Shown here one piece after another: positions 22,277-40,443 of a stretch of DNA of 64,000 bases. The DNA is taken from assembly GCF_009914755.1 (NCBI RefSeq), contig NC_060943.1, one strand, 5' to 3'. How positions within the stretch are numbered: position 1 is the stretch's first letter; every line of letters begins with the position of its first letter. This DNA is from the human T2T-CHM13v2.0 reference genome, Homo sapiens. Below the pieces are notes generated by a model, which saw only the letters and a program-made list of their open reading frames with translations, made no database searches and was not told where the DNA came from. The position numbers and the translations under genes are program-made.

Positions 22277-23341
22277 TGAGTCGCATCTCACACTCAGCTT
22301 TCTAACTTTCTTGTCTGGTTGAGGGGCCAAGTCCGATTTTTGTGCTATCTTTATTTATTTATTTAATTCTGAGACAGGGTCTTGCTCTGTCGCTCAGGCT
22401 GGAGTGTAGTGGGCATGATCAGGGTTCACTACAGCCTCAACCTCCCAGGCTCAAGCAATCCGCCTGCCTCAGCCTCCTGACCAGCTGGGACCACAAGCGT
22501 GTGCCACCACACCGGGCTAATTTTTGTACTCTTTGTGGAGACCAGGTTTCACCATGTTGTCCAGGCTGATCTTGAGTTCCTGGCCTTAGGTGATCTGCCT
22601 GCCTTGGCCTCCCAAAGTGCTGGGATTACAAGTGTGAGCCACTACACCTGGCTTACCAACTCATCTCTTGAGTCAATTTAAACCTGTTGGAAGCTGTTGG
22701 AGGCTAGGCCTGGTGGCTCACGCCTGCAATCCCAGTGCTTTGGAAAGCCTAGGCAGGAGGAGTTTGAGACCAGCCTGGCAACATGGTGAAACCCTGTTTT
22801 TACAAAAAATACAAAAATTAACTGGGTGTGGTTGTGCGCACCTGTAGTCCCAGCTGCTGGGGAGGCTGAGGCAGGAGGATCGTTTGAGCCTGAGAATTGG
22901 AGCCTGCCTGGGAATTGGAGGCTGCGGTGAGCTATGAACACACCACTGCACTCCAGCCTGGGTGACAGAGCAAGACTCCATCTCTAAAAAAAAATTTTTT
23001 TAAACCCAAAAACCTGTTGGGGCACCAGAATCTCCACAGAGAACCCCACACTCCTGGGTCCCGGCACACACTTGGTTCAGGCACTGGCCTCCACCCTAAG
23101 GTTCTGTGGTGCCTTTGACTTGCTGTACTATTTTTTTGTTTTTTAGAACTCTTTTTTTCAGAACTCACAGTCTATTAACTTGCTGTAAATGACAACATAG
23201 GATGCTTTGGGGCCATGTCTCAGGTCTGCCCCTGCTCCACAGTCTTCCCACTCTTTCCCCCCAGCTGGCTGGCTGCCCTGCCACCTCCCACCCCTTACAC
23301 CACACACGTACTTCTCAGCAACTTCCAACAGTACACTCTGA

Positions 23342-23629
<288 letters not shown>

Positions 23630-23632
23630 TGA

Positions 23633-23842
<210 letters not shown>

Positions 23843-23937
23843 TGATCCGCCTGCCTCCGCCTCCCAAAGTGCTAGGATTACAGGCGTGAGCCACCGTACC
23901 TGGTGGTCAGGCTGGTCTTGAACTCCTGACCTTGTGA

Positions 23938-24239
<302 letters not shown>

Positions 24240-25271
24240 TGATCCACCTGCCTCGGCCTCCCAAAGTGCTGGGATTACAGGCATGAGCCACTGCACCAAG
24301 CCTGTCTTCTGTCTTTATAAAGCTTTCTCAGAAGGCAGCCACGCTCCTTCCTTTACACATTGTCTATGGCTGCTTTCACACTATGACATTGGAGCTGAGT
24401 CAGTCTGTCCCCAAAAGCTGGAAATTTCCCAGCTAGCCTTTTATTTTTTATCATTATTATTATCATTATTTGTTATGATAATTATTTTTGAGACGGAGCC
24501 TTGCTCTGTCACCCGGGCTGGAGTGCAGTGGCATGATCTTGGCTCACTGCAACCTCCAACTCCGGGTTCAAGCGATTTTCCTGCCTCAGCCTCCTGAGTG
24601 GCTGGGACTACAGGCACGTGCCATCACACTTGGCTAATTTTTGTATTTTTAATAGAGATCGGGTTTCACCATGTTGACCAGGCTGGTGTTGAACTCCTGG
24701 CCTCAGTTGATCTGCCCATCTCGGCCTCCCAAAGTGCTGGGATTACAGGCGTGAGCCACCATGCCCGATGATTATTATTATTTTTTAGAGACAGGGTCTC
24801 TCTATGCTCCAGGCTGGAGTGCAGTGGTGTGATCATAGTTCACTGCAGCTTTGAACTGGTCTCAAGAGATTCTCCGGCCTCAGCCTCCTGAGTAGCTGGG
24901 ACTACAGGCACCCGCCACCACGCCTGGCTAATTTTTTGTATTTTTAGTAGAGACAGGGTTTCATTGTGTTAGCCAGGATGGTCTCGATCTCCTGACCTTG
25001 TGATCTGCCCGCCTCGGCCTCCCAAAGTGTTGGGATTACAGGCGTGAGTCACCGCGCCTGGCCATGTCTTCATATCTTTCTAAACATTTGTGGGAGATTA
25101 GGCTGGCTGCGGTGGCTCACACCTGTAAACCCAGCACTTTGGGAGGCCGAGGCAGGTGAATCACTTGAGGCCAGGAATTCAAGACCAGCCTGGCCAAATG
25201 GTGAAATCTTGTCTGTACTAAAAATAGAAAAATTAGCCGGGCGAGGTGTCAGGCACCTGTAATCCCAGCTA

Positions 25272-25623
<352 letters not shown>

Positions 25624-25807
25624 TAAATTTTTAAAAAATTTAAAAATTGAGGCAGGGTCTCACTATGTTGCCCAGGCCGTCCTCAAACTGGGCTCAAGCA
25701 ATCCTCCCGATTCAGCCTCCCAAAGTGCTGGGATTACAGGTGTGAGCGACCATGCCTGGCCCAATGTCGATTCTTATGTGGAAAAGCAAGTAATGTTTCA
25801 TTTAGGC

Positions 25808-26022
25808 CTATAGTTTTCAAATCTGCCCCCCAGGGGACATTGGCAATGTCTGGTGACATTTTGGCTGTCATGACTAGGGGGTGGGTGACAGATGCCACTG
25901 GCATTGTGAGTGGGTGGAGGCCAGGAACACTGCTCCATATTGTGTAATGCACCGGGTGGCCCCCAGCTGCCAAGAATGTTGTGGCCTCTGATGTCAAGAG
26001 TGCAGTAGGTGAGAGACCCTGA
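25808..26022 (+). mobile_element. MER20 hAT DNA transposon (a second fragment at about 29360-29475)
   Basis: CCCCCAGGGGACATTGGCAATGTCTGG...GGGTGGAGGCCAGG...ATGTCAAGAGTGC. Confidence 0.75.
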
Positions 26023-26281
26023 TTTAGGTGCTAACAGGATGAAGCTACCTTGGTTAGCTGGTGATTAAAGCACATCCCACGTAAAGCCGCCCATGACAAC
26101 ATCTGCACGGAGGCAACACTTCACCAGCCGTATCCAGTCACACTCCCTGTTGTGATTTTTGTCCTGGTGGCCACCGGCACTGTCAGATACACGTGTTGGT
26201 TATACACAGTGATGACATTTTATTTTTATTTTAAAATATTTATTGTTTTTATTTTATTATTATTATTATTTTTTATTTTAA

Positions 26282-26443
<162 letters not shown>

Positions 26444-26446
26444 TAA

Positions 26447-26830
<384 letters not shown>

Positions 26831-26833
26831 TGA

Positions 26834-27300
<467 letters not shown>

Positions 27301-28287
27301 TGAGTAGCTGAGACTACAAGCGTGCACCCATGCCTGGCTAATTTTTTATTTTTTTGTAGAGATATGGACCGGCTGGGTTGTCCAGGCTGGTCTTGAACTC
27401 CCAGCTTCAAGCAATCCTCCTGCCTCGGCCTTTCAAAGTGCCGAGATTACAGGTGTGAGCCATTGCCCCCAGGCATGATGAAACTTAATTTTTAAAATAT
27501 TTTTTTTCTTACAGAGGTAGGGTCTTGCTATGTCTCCCAGGCAGGTCTTGAACTCCTGAGCTCAAAGGATCCTGCCGCCTCAGCCACCTAACATTTCATC
27601 AGTCCATGATGAAATGTTTTTTTTTTGAGACAGAGTTTTGCTCTTGTTGCCCAGGCCGGAGTGCAATGGTGTGATCTCAGCTCACCATAACCTCTGCCTC
27701 CTGGGTTCAAGTGATTCTCCTGCCTTAGCCTGCTGAGTAGCTGGGATTACAGATACGTGCCACCATGTCTGGCTAATTTTGTATTTTTGGTAGAGACGGG
27801 GTTTCTCCATGTTGGTCAGGCTGGTTTCAAACTCCCAACCTCAGGTGATCTGCCCGCCTTGGCCTCCCAAAGTGCTGGGATTATAGGCATGAGCCACTGT
27901 GCCCGGCTGAAAATTTTTTAATTTTTTTTTTCTTATAGAGGTAGGGTCTTGCTGTGTTGCCCAGGCAGGTCTTGAACTCCTGAGCTCAAAGGATCCTACC
28001 GCCTCAACCACCTAAAGTCCTTAAGTCCATGATGAAATGTTAAATGCCATCCACGTGCCACCTAAGCATGCGTCACACCATCAGGATTCCTGCAGCCCCG
28101 TGGACATGCCGTACTGAAGACGCCACAGTTCTGTTTAGAATACTCCGTGCCCACATCTAATGAGGACCTGGTGTGTCCCCTTGTCTGCGGGAGTGCTGCA
28201 GGTCCCCAGCTCCTAGGAGTGCAGTGTTCCTAGCATGTTGATATTTCCAAAACACTTCCCAGCCACCTCTGCCATTCTTCATTTTAG

Positions 28288-28938
<651 letters not shown>

Positions 28939-28994
28939 TAATCCCAGCACTTTGGGAGGCCGAGGCGGGAGGATCACTTGAGGTCAGGAGTTCA

Positions 28995-29207
<213 letters not shown>

Positions 29208-29808
29208 CTAGGGACCTTGGCTCACCATTTCCTCTTCCATGGACGAGGGACAGCCGCCCTCGTGTGTCCCGATGTCTTCCTAGCCCTGAAGCATTCAGAA
29301 GGATCAGAACCAAGGACTAGGGTAGCACCTCCCACAGGATGATTCACGGGGGGACTCCAGCAAGGTCTGGAGACATTATTAGTTGTCACAACTCAGGGTG
29401 GGGAATGCTATCGGCATCTGCTGGGTGGAGGCCAGGGGTGCTATTCCACACCCCGCAGTGCACAGGATGCCTTTGTCCTGGAGAATGAACACCCTGGGTG
29501 ACTTTCCAGATATTTCTCTCTCTCTCTCTCACTCTGTTTTTAGAGATGGGGTCTTGCTATGTTGCCCAAGCTGGAGTACAGTGACCCAATCATAGCTCAC
29601 TGCAGCCTCAACCTCCCTAGGCTCAGGTGATCCTCCTACCTCAGCCTCCTGAGTAGTAGGATTACAAGCATGCGCCCCCATGCCTGGCTAATTTTTATAT
29701 TTTTTGTAGAGACAGGGTCTTGCCATATTGCCCAGCCTGGTCTCAAACTCGTGGGCTCAAGCAATCTGTCAGCCTTAGCCTCCCAAAGTGTTGGGATTAC
29801 AGGCGTGA

Positions 29809-29949
<141 letters not shown>

Positions 29950-30153
29950 TGAATAGCTGGGATTACAGGTATGTGCCACCACGCCCAGATAATTTTTGTA
30001 TTTTTAGTAGAGATGGGGTTTCACCATGCTGGCCAGGCTGGTCTCAAATTCCTGACCTCGTGATCTGCCTGCCTCGGCCTCTCAAAGTGCTGGGATTATA
30101 GGTGTGAGCCACCGCACCTGGCCCCCTGTATAATTTTAAAATGTTCTTTGTAG

Positions 30154-30872
<719 letters not shown>

Positions 30873-31630
30873 TTAACCTAACATCAGCCTGACGGGCCCC
30901 CCAGGAGAGGGTGAGTGGTGTCTGTTTCTCAGGAGGGAAAGTCAATCACATGGACTGAGTCAAATCACCTTGGAGGTGTTAAATGGTATTTTCAACCTGG
31001 GATCTGGGCTCAGAATTGTTTGTGTCTCTCTGCACTTCTGTCCATATTTTTGGCAATTTAGGGATGCTTTCATGAAACACTGGCGAGGCTGTTTTCCTAG
31101 ACTAGGACTGACAGGGAAAGGAGAAAGAAAAAACAGCAGCCATAAACACGCTGGCCTCAGAGCCCAGAGAACACGCAACATCCTGAGGTCAACAGTGACC
31201 CTTAGAAGAAGGGCTGGGAAAGCACATCCTCCACTGCTCTCGACTGCAGCCACCGTGAGCCGGAGCCACCGCTGCACCCAGCTAGGATACCCGTGCCTTG
31301 AGCCAAGAAAACCTAGCAGAAAAATGGAGGCAGCCTTGGGAAATACTTGAAAGGGGAAGAGGGTAAAAAAAAGTAAAGAAGGGCCGGGTGCGGTGGCTTA
31401 CACCTCAGCACTTTCAGAGGCTGAGGCAGGAGGATTGCTTGAGCCTAGGAGTTCAAGACCAGCCTGGGCAACATAGGGAGACCCTGTCTCTACAAAAAAT
31501 TTTAAAAATTAGCCAGGCGTGGTGGCGCACCTGTAGTCCCAGCTACTTGGGAGACAGATGGGAGGATTACGTGAGCCCAGGAGGCTGTAGTGAGCTGTGA
31601 TCATGCCGTGCACTCCAGACTGGGCAATAG

Positions 31631-32137
<507 letters not shown>

Positions 32138-32194
32138 TGATGCTTCTGTGCCCTGCACCCCAACAAGGCCACTTTTTTTGTTTGTTCGTTTTGA

Positions 32195-32554
<360 letters not shown>

Positions 32555-32717
32555 TGACTGATGCTGAGTTGCACAGCCTGGGTAGACATTCCCTTGCCTC
32601 CTGGGCTGAGTCTGTGTGGCCCTCACAAAGGCTCCAGTCCAGCCTGAGGCATGAGGGAGGGGCCCCAGCAGCCATCTTAGAGAGTTTAGTCTTTGTCGAG
32701 TCCAGTGGAGCCAATAA

Positions 32718-33031
<314 letters not shown>

Positions 33032-33269
33032 TGATCCGCCTGCCTCAGCCTTCCAAAGTGCTAGGATTACAGGTGTGAGCCACTGTTGCTTAAACCCAGG
33101 AGTTCGAGGCTGCAGTGCGCTGTGATGGCACCGCTGTACTCCAGCCTGGGTGGCAGAGCGAGACCCTGTCTCCAGAAAAAAAAAAAAAGATTTCAGAGAG
33201 CAGCCTGGCACCTGAGCGGTGGGGGGGGGGCTGCAGAATTTGTGGGGCCCCAGCGAAGCCACCGAGTAA

Positions 33270-33695
<426 letters not shown>

Positions 33696-33849
33696 TGACC
33701 TCAGACTAAAGGGACCTACTGTTCGTGGCACTGTTTTCTCCCATGGGAGGGGTCCTGTCCCTTTCCCTGAGCCTCCTGAGACATCCCCGAGATGGGGCCA
33801 GAGGCGGCCCAGCTGTTCTCCTCAGCAATCACCCTCACCTCTTTTTTTA

Positions 33850-34253
<404 letters not shown>

Positions 34254-34304
34254 CTATTACCAAGCTGATATATATACTCCTTCAGACTCTTGTATGAACC
34301 ATAG

Positions 34305-34582
<278 letters not shown>

Positions 34583-36018
34583 TAAACTTTTTTTTTTCTT
34601 TTGAGACTGAGTTTCACTCTTGTTGCCCAGGCTGGGGTGCAATGGTGCAATCTCAGCTCACTGCAACCTCCGCCTCCTGGGTTCAAGTGATTCTCTTACC
34701 TCACCTTCCTGAGTAGCTGTGATTACAGGTGCGAACCACCATGCCCAGCTAATTTTTCATATCTTTAGTAGAGACAGGGTTTCTCCATGTTGGTCAGGCT
34801 GGTCTTGAACTCCCGACCACAGGTGATCCACCTGCCTCGGCCTCCCAAAGTGCTGGGATTATAGGCGTGAGCCACCGCCCCCTGCTTTAAACATTTTACA
34901 TAACAAATTTTTCAGTGTTTATTTCTAAAAAGTGATGTTAAAGCCAGGTGTGGTGGTTCATTCCTGTAATCCCAGCACTTTGGGAAGCTGAGGCAGGGTG
35001 GGTCGCTTGAGCCCAGGAGTTCATGACCAGCCTGGGCAACATAGCAAGACTCCATCTCTATTAAAAAATACAAGAAAACTAGTTTAAGTTTAGCATAGTG
35101 GTGTGTGCCCGTAGTCCCAGCTCTCTGGGAGGCTGAGGTGGGAGGATCACTTGAGCTGGGGAGGTTGAGGCTGTAGTGAGGGAGAAAGCGGGACTCTGTC
35201 TCAAACAAACAACCATAATGCAATAATACACAAACCAAATTTACTAAGTATCAAGGAATATCCAGTGTTGAGATTTCTGCTTGTCTGATTTAAAGTTGTG
35301 TGTTTTGTTCCGATTTGGTAATTCGGATCCAAAGTCCATACTATCCGATATGTCCTTTGAGCCTCTTAATCTAGAGCAGCGACCGGTTCTCAATGCTGAG
35401 CGGTTGGGGATCCCCTGGAAGCCCTGTGAAAGCGATGCTGGGCCCGCAAGCAGGCGGGGTGGGCCTGGAGCTAGGCGTTTCTCCCACATGCCCCGGGACG
35501 CTGCTTTGGAACTGTGCCGAGTCCCCTGCATGCCAGGCCTCTCGTTTCCTTGTGGTTTATCTGCTGAAGAGGGCAGGTTGTGAGTCCCACGGGTCTCTAC
35601 AATGTCAACTTTGCTCATTGCAGCCCTCTGGGGGCTTTGAACTCATGCCTCTGTTGGGCGTCCATCAGCCCATCCGATGCAGGCAGAAGCCATCTGACTG
35701 TGCCACCTGGCTGCAGCCCACCATAGCTCCCAGCTGCTTGCTCCAGGCGCTTCTCCCTGATCTCAGCCACTCCAAGGGCACTCACAGGCACCCCTCCCTT
35801 TCTCTGTCAGGGCTCACCCCTCGCAGGGCTGACCCTCTACCCTGTGTTCCCACAGCCCCGTGCGCCAACCTGTCACACACATCCTGTGGTTTTACACTTC
35901 TGTCACTGACAGGAGCCTGCTGGGGACAGGTGCTGGCTCCACTCCCTCCTCCAGCACCCTGTCTCAGAGTGTACTGAGGTGACGATGGTGATGGCGTGGT
36001 CTGTTCTCTGCCTGACAG

Positions 36019-36090
36019 TACATTAGGTGCCACAGACCTGCCCCACTGACCATGGAGGATGCCCTGGAGGAGGTGAACAAGGAGCTGTGA
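36019..36090 (+). CDS. C19orf44: C19orf44 last coding exon (stop TGA 36088-36090)
   Basis: ctgcctgacag|TAC; YIRCHRPAPLTMEDALEEVNKEL*; total CDS 1974 nt = 657 aa, the length I recall for this protein. Confidence 0.9.
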   Translation, partial: YIRCHRPAPLTMEDALEEVNKEL

Positions 36091-36183
36091 GCGCCAGCAG
36101 GTGGAGCTTGACGTGACGTCTTAACAAAAGGTATCCCGTCCTGTGTACTCAGTGCACACACACGCACACAAACATAGAGCTCA

Positions 36184-36306
36184 TCAGTGTCCAAGTGTGA
36201 CGTTCCGTGGTGGGGGCAGGTGGTACTGGGGTGATGGACACACACACACACAGTCAGCATCCAGGTGTGACATTCCATGGTGGGGCAGGTGGTGCTGCGG
36301 TGAGGG
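36184..36306. repeat. 70-bp-period degenerate tandem duplication with CA microsatellite spacer
   Basis: TCAG..TCCA.GTGTGAC.TTCC.TGGTGGGG(G)CAGGTGGT at 36184 and 36254. Confidence 0.8.
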
Positions 36307-36697
36307 CCCCAGACTCCTCTGAGCCAAATCCCAGCTCAGTGACAGCTCTCCCAGCAGCATGCCCAGCTCTATGACACCACAGGCCAGTGGAAATAGAATT
36401 TCAGTGGAGCTGTCCCCACTCACAGCAGGACAGGGGCCACCAGCCTCTGCAGAGCAGCTCCACCCAGGCAGGTCCTGGCATCCCAGTGAGCCAGAGGGAG
36501 ACAGGGTGGATGGGAGAAGCCCTGCTCGAGGGTAAGGACATGGGACCAGGTCAGCACGCTGGGGACGCCATGTGAGCCCCTGGACACGGCCTCTGACCCC
36601 AGGCTGCACAGCTCAAACCAGGACATGTGTCTCCTCACTCAGCCCGTGCACACTTCTGACTTACACATGTGCGGGAGAAAGGTCTTTAAAAAAAGGC

Positions 36698-36703
36698 TTT
36701 ATT
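36698..36703 (-). terminator. CHERP: CHERP poly(A) signal AATAAA; 3'UTR about 36683-37947
   Basis: TTTATT on plus at the end of an AU-rich, repeat-free 3'UTR. Confidence 0.85.
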
Positions 36704-37947
36704 TGAAGGCAAAACAATGAAATCCACAAGAAATTACTAACAGCACGTGTTTACGTTTTATCCTGAATCATACATTTTAACAATTCACAGCTACAGGAAA
36801 TCTAGAACAAAATCAAATATTCATCACGTTGGGTTGAAAAGTTGGAAGATTTTGCATCTTATTGAAAAGAATTTTTCAAAAATGTTTCTGTACAAATGAA
36901 TGGAATTGCACCAGGCTGCCCATGGACACCAGGTGTGGCCGATTCCCAACGGTCACCCACCAGCTTCTGGCAGGAGCAGCTCCCCTCCTGGCCTCCCCTC
37001 CCTTCGGGGGTGTGAAATGAAATGATGGAGTGGAAGGCGCTGGCTGGGGTCGGGCTCCATGCTCTGGATGGGACTGGGCCGTCGCACACGCCAGCCGGTG
37101 CAGGGTTCTTCCAAGTGCAAAACTCAAGCAGGGGACGCGACGGGCACAGACTCCGAGGCAGCGCTCAACCTGAAGTGTCTTAGGCTGGTTTCCTGTTAGA
37201 ATCTTGTTTCCCAGATAACAGCAAATGGCTACATTCCAGAAAAAAAATATCAACTTATACAACTAAAATAACTGAACTAAGGGCCAGTACGCCTTCGAAG
37301 AATTAGGTTTCAGAATCTCACTGGGCCTCCTCTCAGGTCAGTATTCTTCTTTCTAGACCTAAACCAAGGAGAGTAAAAATGAAAACCCTGCTTCACTTCG
37401 CAAGTCAAGTCAAAGTTTTGTGTTTCTGTTTTTCAATCCGCGGGCAGTCATGGCACTGGGCTTCGGCTTTGTCCCTACACAGCCGAGGGGAAGCCAGGTC
37501 AGGGCCGGTGGGTGCGGGGAGCTGGAGGAAGGAGCTGGGGTGCCGGCTCTGGCTCAGGCCAACCCTTCCTGCACATGCTCCTCCTGGAGCCTAGGAGGAG
37601 GCTTCAATCTGACTTAGGGCAGATGCACATCCATCCCTTCGTGGCTGAAGAATTTACTCGGGCGGAGGGTCTTGTGTTTTTTGCTTCGCTATAAAGGAAA
37701 ACGAGCCTGGGGCCCTGGTGGCTGCAGCGCCTCCTGGTGTGGTTTGTGGGTGGCACCCGTGCCCTCCACGCCATGGAGCACGGCGTTCCCACTGGGCATG
37801 CGCTGGTCTTCCTTCTCTTCCTGTGGCTCTCCACAAGTGGAGACGGTGTAAGAACTGAGCTGTCACTGCAATCTTCCTCTGCCAGTCAGCCAGGAAGGTC
37901 CCACAGCCGGCACCGCTGGCCACCGGCGCGGCTCCCGGCATGGGCGC

Positions 37948-38141
37948 CTACTTACACTCGTCCCTGGCCTTCATGCGGGCGATGAAGGAGTAGCTCTTGT
38001 TCCTGCGGTAGTTCTCATAGGGGTCATCCAGAGCCACGCCCACGCCTTTATACTGGTCCCACTTATCCCGGACGTCCCCGCCCTTGATGGGGTCCTGGAT
38101 CCCTTGCTCCTTCGCACCGAGGCCGCCTGAGCCGCTCCAGC
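37948..38141 (-). CDS. CHERP: CHERP exon 17 coding part (G-patch end, stop TAG)
   Basis: GWSGSGGLGAKEQGIQDPI...ARDECK*. Confidence 0.96.
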
Positions 38142-38409
38142 CTGGAAACAGAGACGCAGTCACAACCACAACAAGGCGGAGGCAGATGGGGGTGCACGTG
38201 GGGGGCTGAATGTCCAGACAGGCAGTGTAGACATGGGAAATGGGTAGAGAGAACCCGCAGGCCGGCCCTGTCTAGAGGGTCTGGGTGGAGTCAGAACCGG
38301 CCTGACTCCATCCATCCCCACATGCACTGAGGAAGAGAAAGCGCTGGTGACTCCCGGGCCCAGCACGCGTGAGGACCCATCCCGCGCCCTCCCCATTCCC
38401 TCGCCTTAC

Positions 38410-38504
38410 CCATCTTCACCAGCATCTGATGGCCTTTGTTCTCTTCTCCGAGCCTTGAGTCAGGGATGGGAGGCGCCGAATTAGAACCCAGACCAGCAGA
38501 GGAA
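38410..38504 (-). CDS. CHERP: CHERP exon 16 (G-patch start)
   Basis: 95 nt SSAGLGSNS...EENKGHQMLVKM. Confidence 0.95.
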
Positions 38505-38937
38505 CTAAAATCGAGACAGGTTATTCTTTTTAAGAAGTAACTGAGACATTTATTGGAATGACAGTGATGAGGACCTCACAGCCGCAGCTTGCGTGCATGC
38601 TCACTGTCACCAGGTGACACCGTATGCAGATTTTGCGTCTCTACCCGTTTATCCTGTCTCAGCTAGATAAGGGGGCTCCAGACGCTGGCCCCCACCCCAC
38701 GCTCAGCATTGAGAGCAGGACACCTCCAACCCAGATGGTGGTTAGAAAGCAGACCCCAGTTACTGCCTCAGGCTTCGCCAAGTGGCTACTGTGGTGAAGG
38801 GTGAGGGGTGCCACTGTCCCCGGGCTAATGCTGGCGGCCTCCTAACACAGTCTCCTAACCACCAATGTTTCCACATTCACAGCAAAGCACCGCAGCTTCC
38901 CAGAGTTACCAGCGCAGCACTTAAGACAGGATCTTAC

Positions 38938-39054
38938 GGCGGGGTGGGGCTCCTGGACCGTGACCGGCGTCTTCTTCCTGGGGAGTACGACTTGGACCGG
39001 GACCGCGACTGGGACCGGGAGCGGCTTCTGGAGGAGCGCGACCTGCTCCGACTT
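38938..39054 (-). CDS. CHERP: CHERP exon 15 (RS domain)
   Basis: 117 nt RSRSRSRSSRSRS...RSPTP; CC|gtaaga. Confidence 0.94.
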
Positions 39055-39152
39055 CTGCAGGGAAGGGTGCCCAAGGGTCAGCAGCAGCCAGGCGTCGTGG
39101 GGAGGCCACAGGAAGAGGCCTCAGGCACTGCCCTGAGGCAGCCTCTGCCTAC

Positions 39153-39296
39153 CTAGATCTGGAGCGGGAGTAGGAACGGGAGCAGGAGCGCGACCTTGAC
39201 CTTGAGTACGAGCCTGAAGACTTGGAGGATCTTGAGTTGGAGCGGGAGGAAGAACGCCCTCGACTCTTGGATCTGCTCCGAGACCTCGAGGGTCCG
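39153..39296 (-). CDS. CHERP: CHERP exon 14 (RS domain)
   Basis: 144 nt SGPSRSRSRSKSRGRSSSRS... Confidence 0.94.
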   Translation of the reverse strand, partial: RTLEVSEQIQESRAFFLPLQLKILQVFRLVLKVKVALLLPFLLPLQI

Positions 39297-39614
39297 CTGT
39301 GGGGAGAGGCCTGATGATCAGGTGCCCCAGTGGATGGGCTGCACCCAGCCCACCCTGGCCCTCAGGTTCCTAGACCACCCCAGATGCAGGGGCTCTGGCT
39401 GTGGATGTGGCGCCATAGCCACAGCAACGGTACCAAGTTCCTAAATAGTGTGGCCGAGCCTGCTGCTGTGTGAATTCAGGCCTTGTGGAAAACACCGCCC
39501 CATAGGCACAGGCTGTGTGAGGGTGGACGTGATGAGTGTATCTGGGGTCTGCTCCCACCCATCACAAGCTGTGGACCCTGGCCCCCCGGCCACTGCAGAC
39601 ATCTGCGCTTTTAC

Positions 39615-39701
39615 CTGTTCCTCTTCTCCTGGCCTTTCCTCCGCCGGGCCCGCATTTTTGCTCGGAAGAACTCATAGAGGCCGTTCTGCTCCCAGCCTTC
39701 A
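39615..39701 (-). CDS. CHERP: CHERP exon 13
   Basis: 87 nt SEGWEQNGLYEFFRAKMRARRRKGQEKRN. Confidence 0.94.
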
Positions 39702-40309
39702 CTGTAAGACACGGCATTCCGTGTGTGACCACGTGACACCCACCCACAAGGAAGTCGTGAAAAAGTCATCAGGAGTTAATCCACAGAACCTTGGAGAGTA
39801 CATGGCCCTGTGGCTGTGGGCTCCGAGCATGGGCGCAGTAGAGCTTGGTTCAGTGTTCCCACAGGGCTGTCCTCCTGCAGCCCAGTGGCTCCTCTGGTGC
39901 CCACGCCCTTGCCACCCTGCTGTTCCGCTGAGGTGGTGGGGACCCATGGTCTGTGGAACTGGGAAACAGGAACACTGACTCATGGGTGGACAGGCCTGCA
40001 GCCCAGCACAGGAAGGAGGGGTGACCACTGGGAAGGGTGGGCTGAGGGCCCTGTGGCAGCCGGCTGCTTGAGACGTGCCGCCGTGCCACACCTTCCCTAA
40101 CTTCTTCTGATGTGTCTCCATTAAAACGCCCTTCATTGAGGGCCACGTGTGTGCTGTGCCTGTGACACACACTTGTCACTCAGGCGGGGGGAGGGCAGTT
40201 TCTCCTGAGGGACAGCCACATTTTCTAGCCTGGACAGAAGGTGTGGTTGCAGGGAGCCGGGAGAGGGGACAGAGGCCTCCCGCCCACCCCACTGACCTGG
40301 GCCCCTTAC

Positions 40310-40443
40310 CTGTTCCTGGGCCTGTCGTGGGACGGGGGGCTGTAGAAGGCCTCCACTGCAGCCAGCAGCCTCTCGCTGGGCGGCATGGGGGGTGGGAGGC
40401 GGATGTCTTTAGGGTCCAAAGGCTTGTACTCGTGATCTTCCAG
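40310..40443 (-). CDS. CHERP: CHERP exon 12
   Basis: 134 nt LEDHEYKPLDP...DRPRN. Confidence 0.95.

Larger units (their letters stand above)
38883..40140 (+). other. C19orf44: Probable terminal 3'UTR exon of C19orf44, antisense to CHERP exons 13-15 (boundaries approximate)
   Basis: Donor AAAG|gtatcc at 36130; CTAAC branch motif near 38855 and cattcacag acceptor at 38882; plus-strand ATTAAA 40120-40125 followed by GT-rich tract; consistent with my recollection that the annotated genes overlap. Confidence 0.55.
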
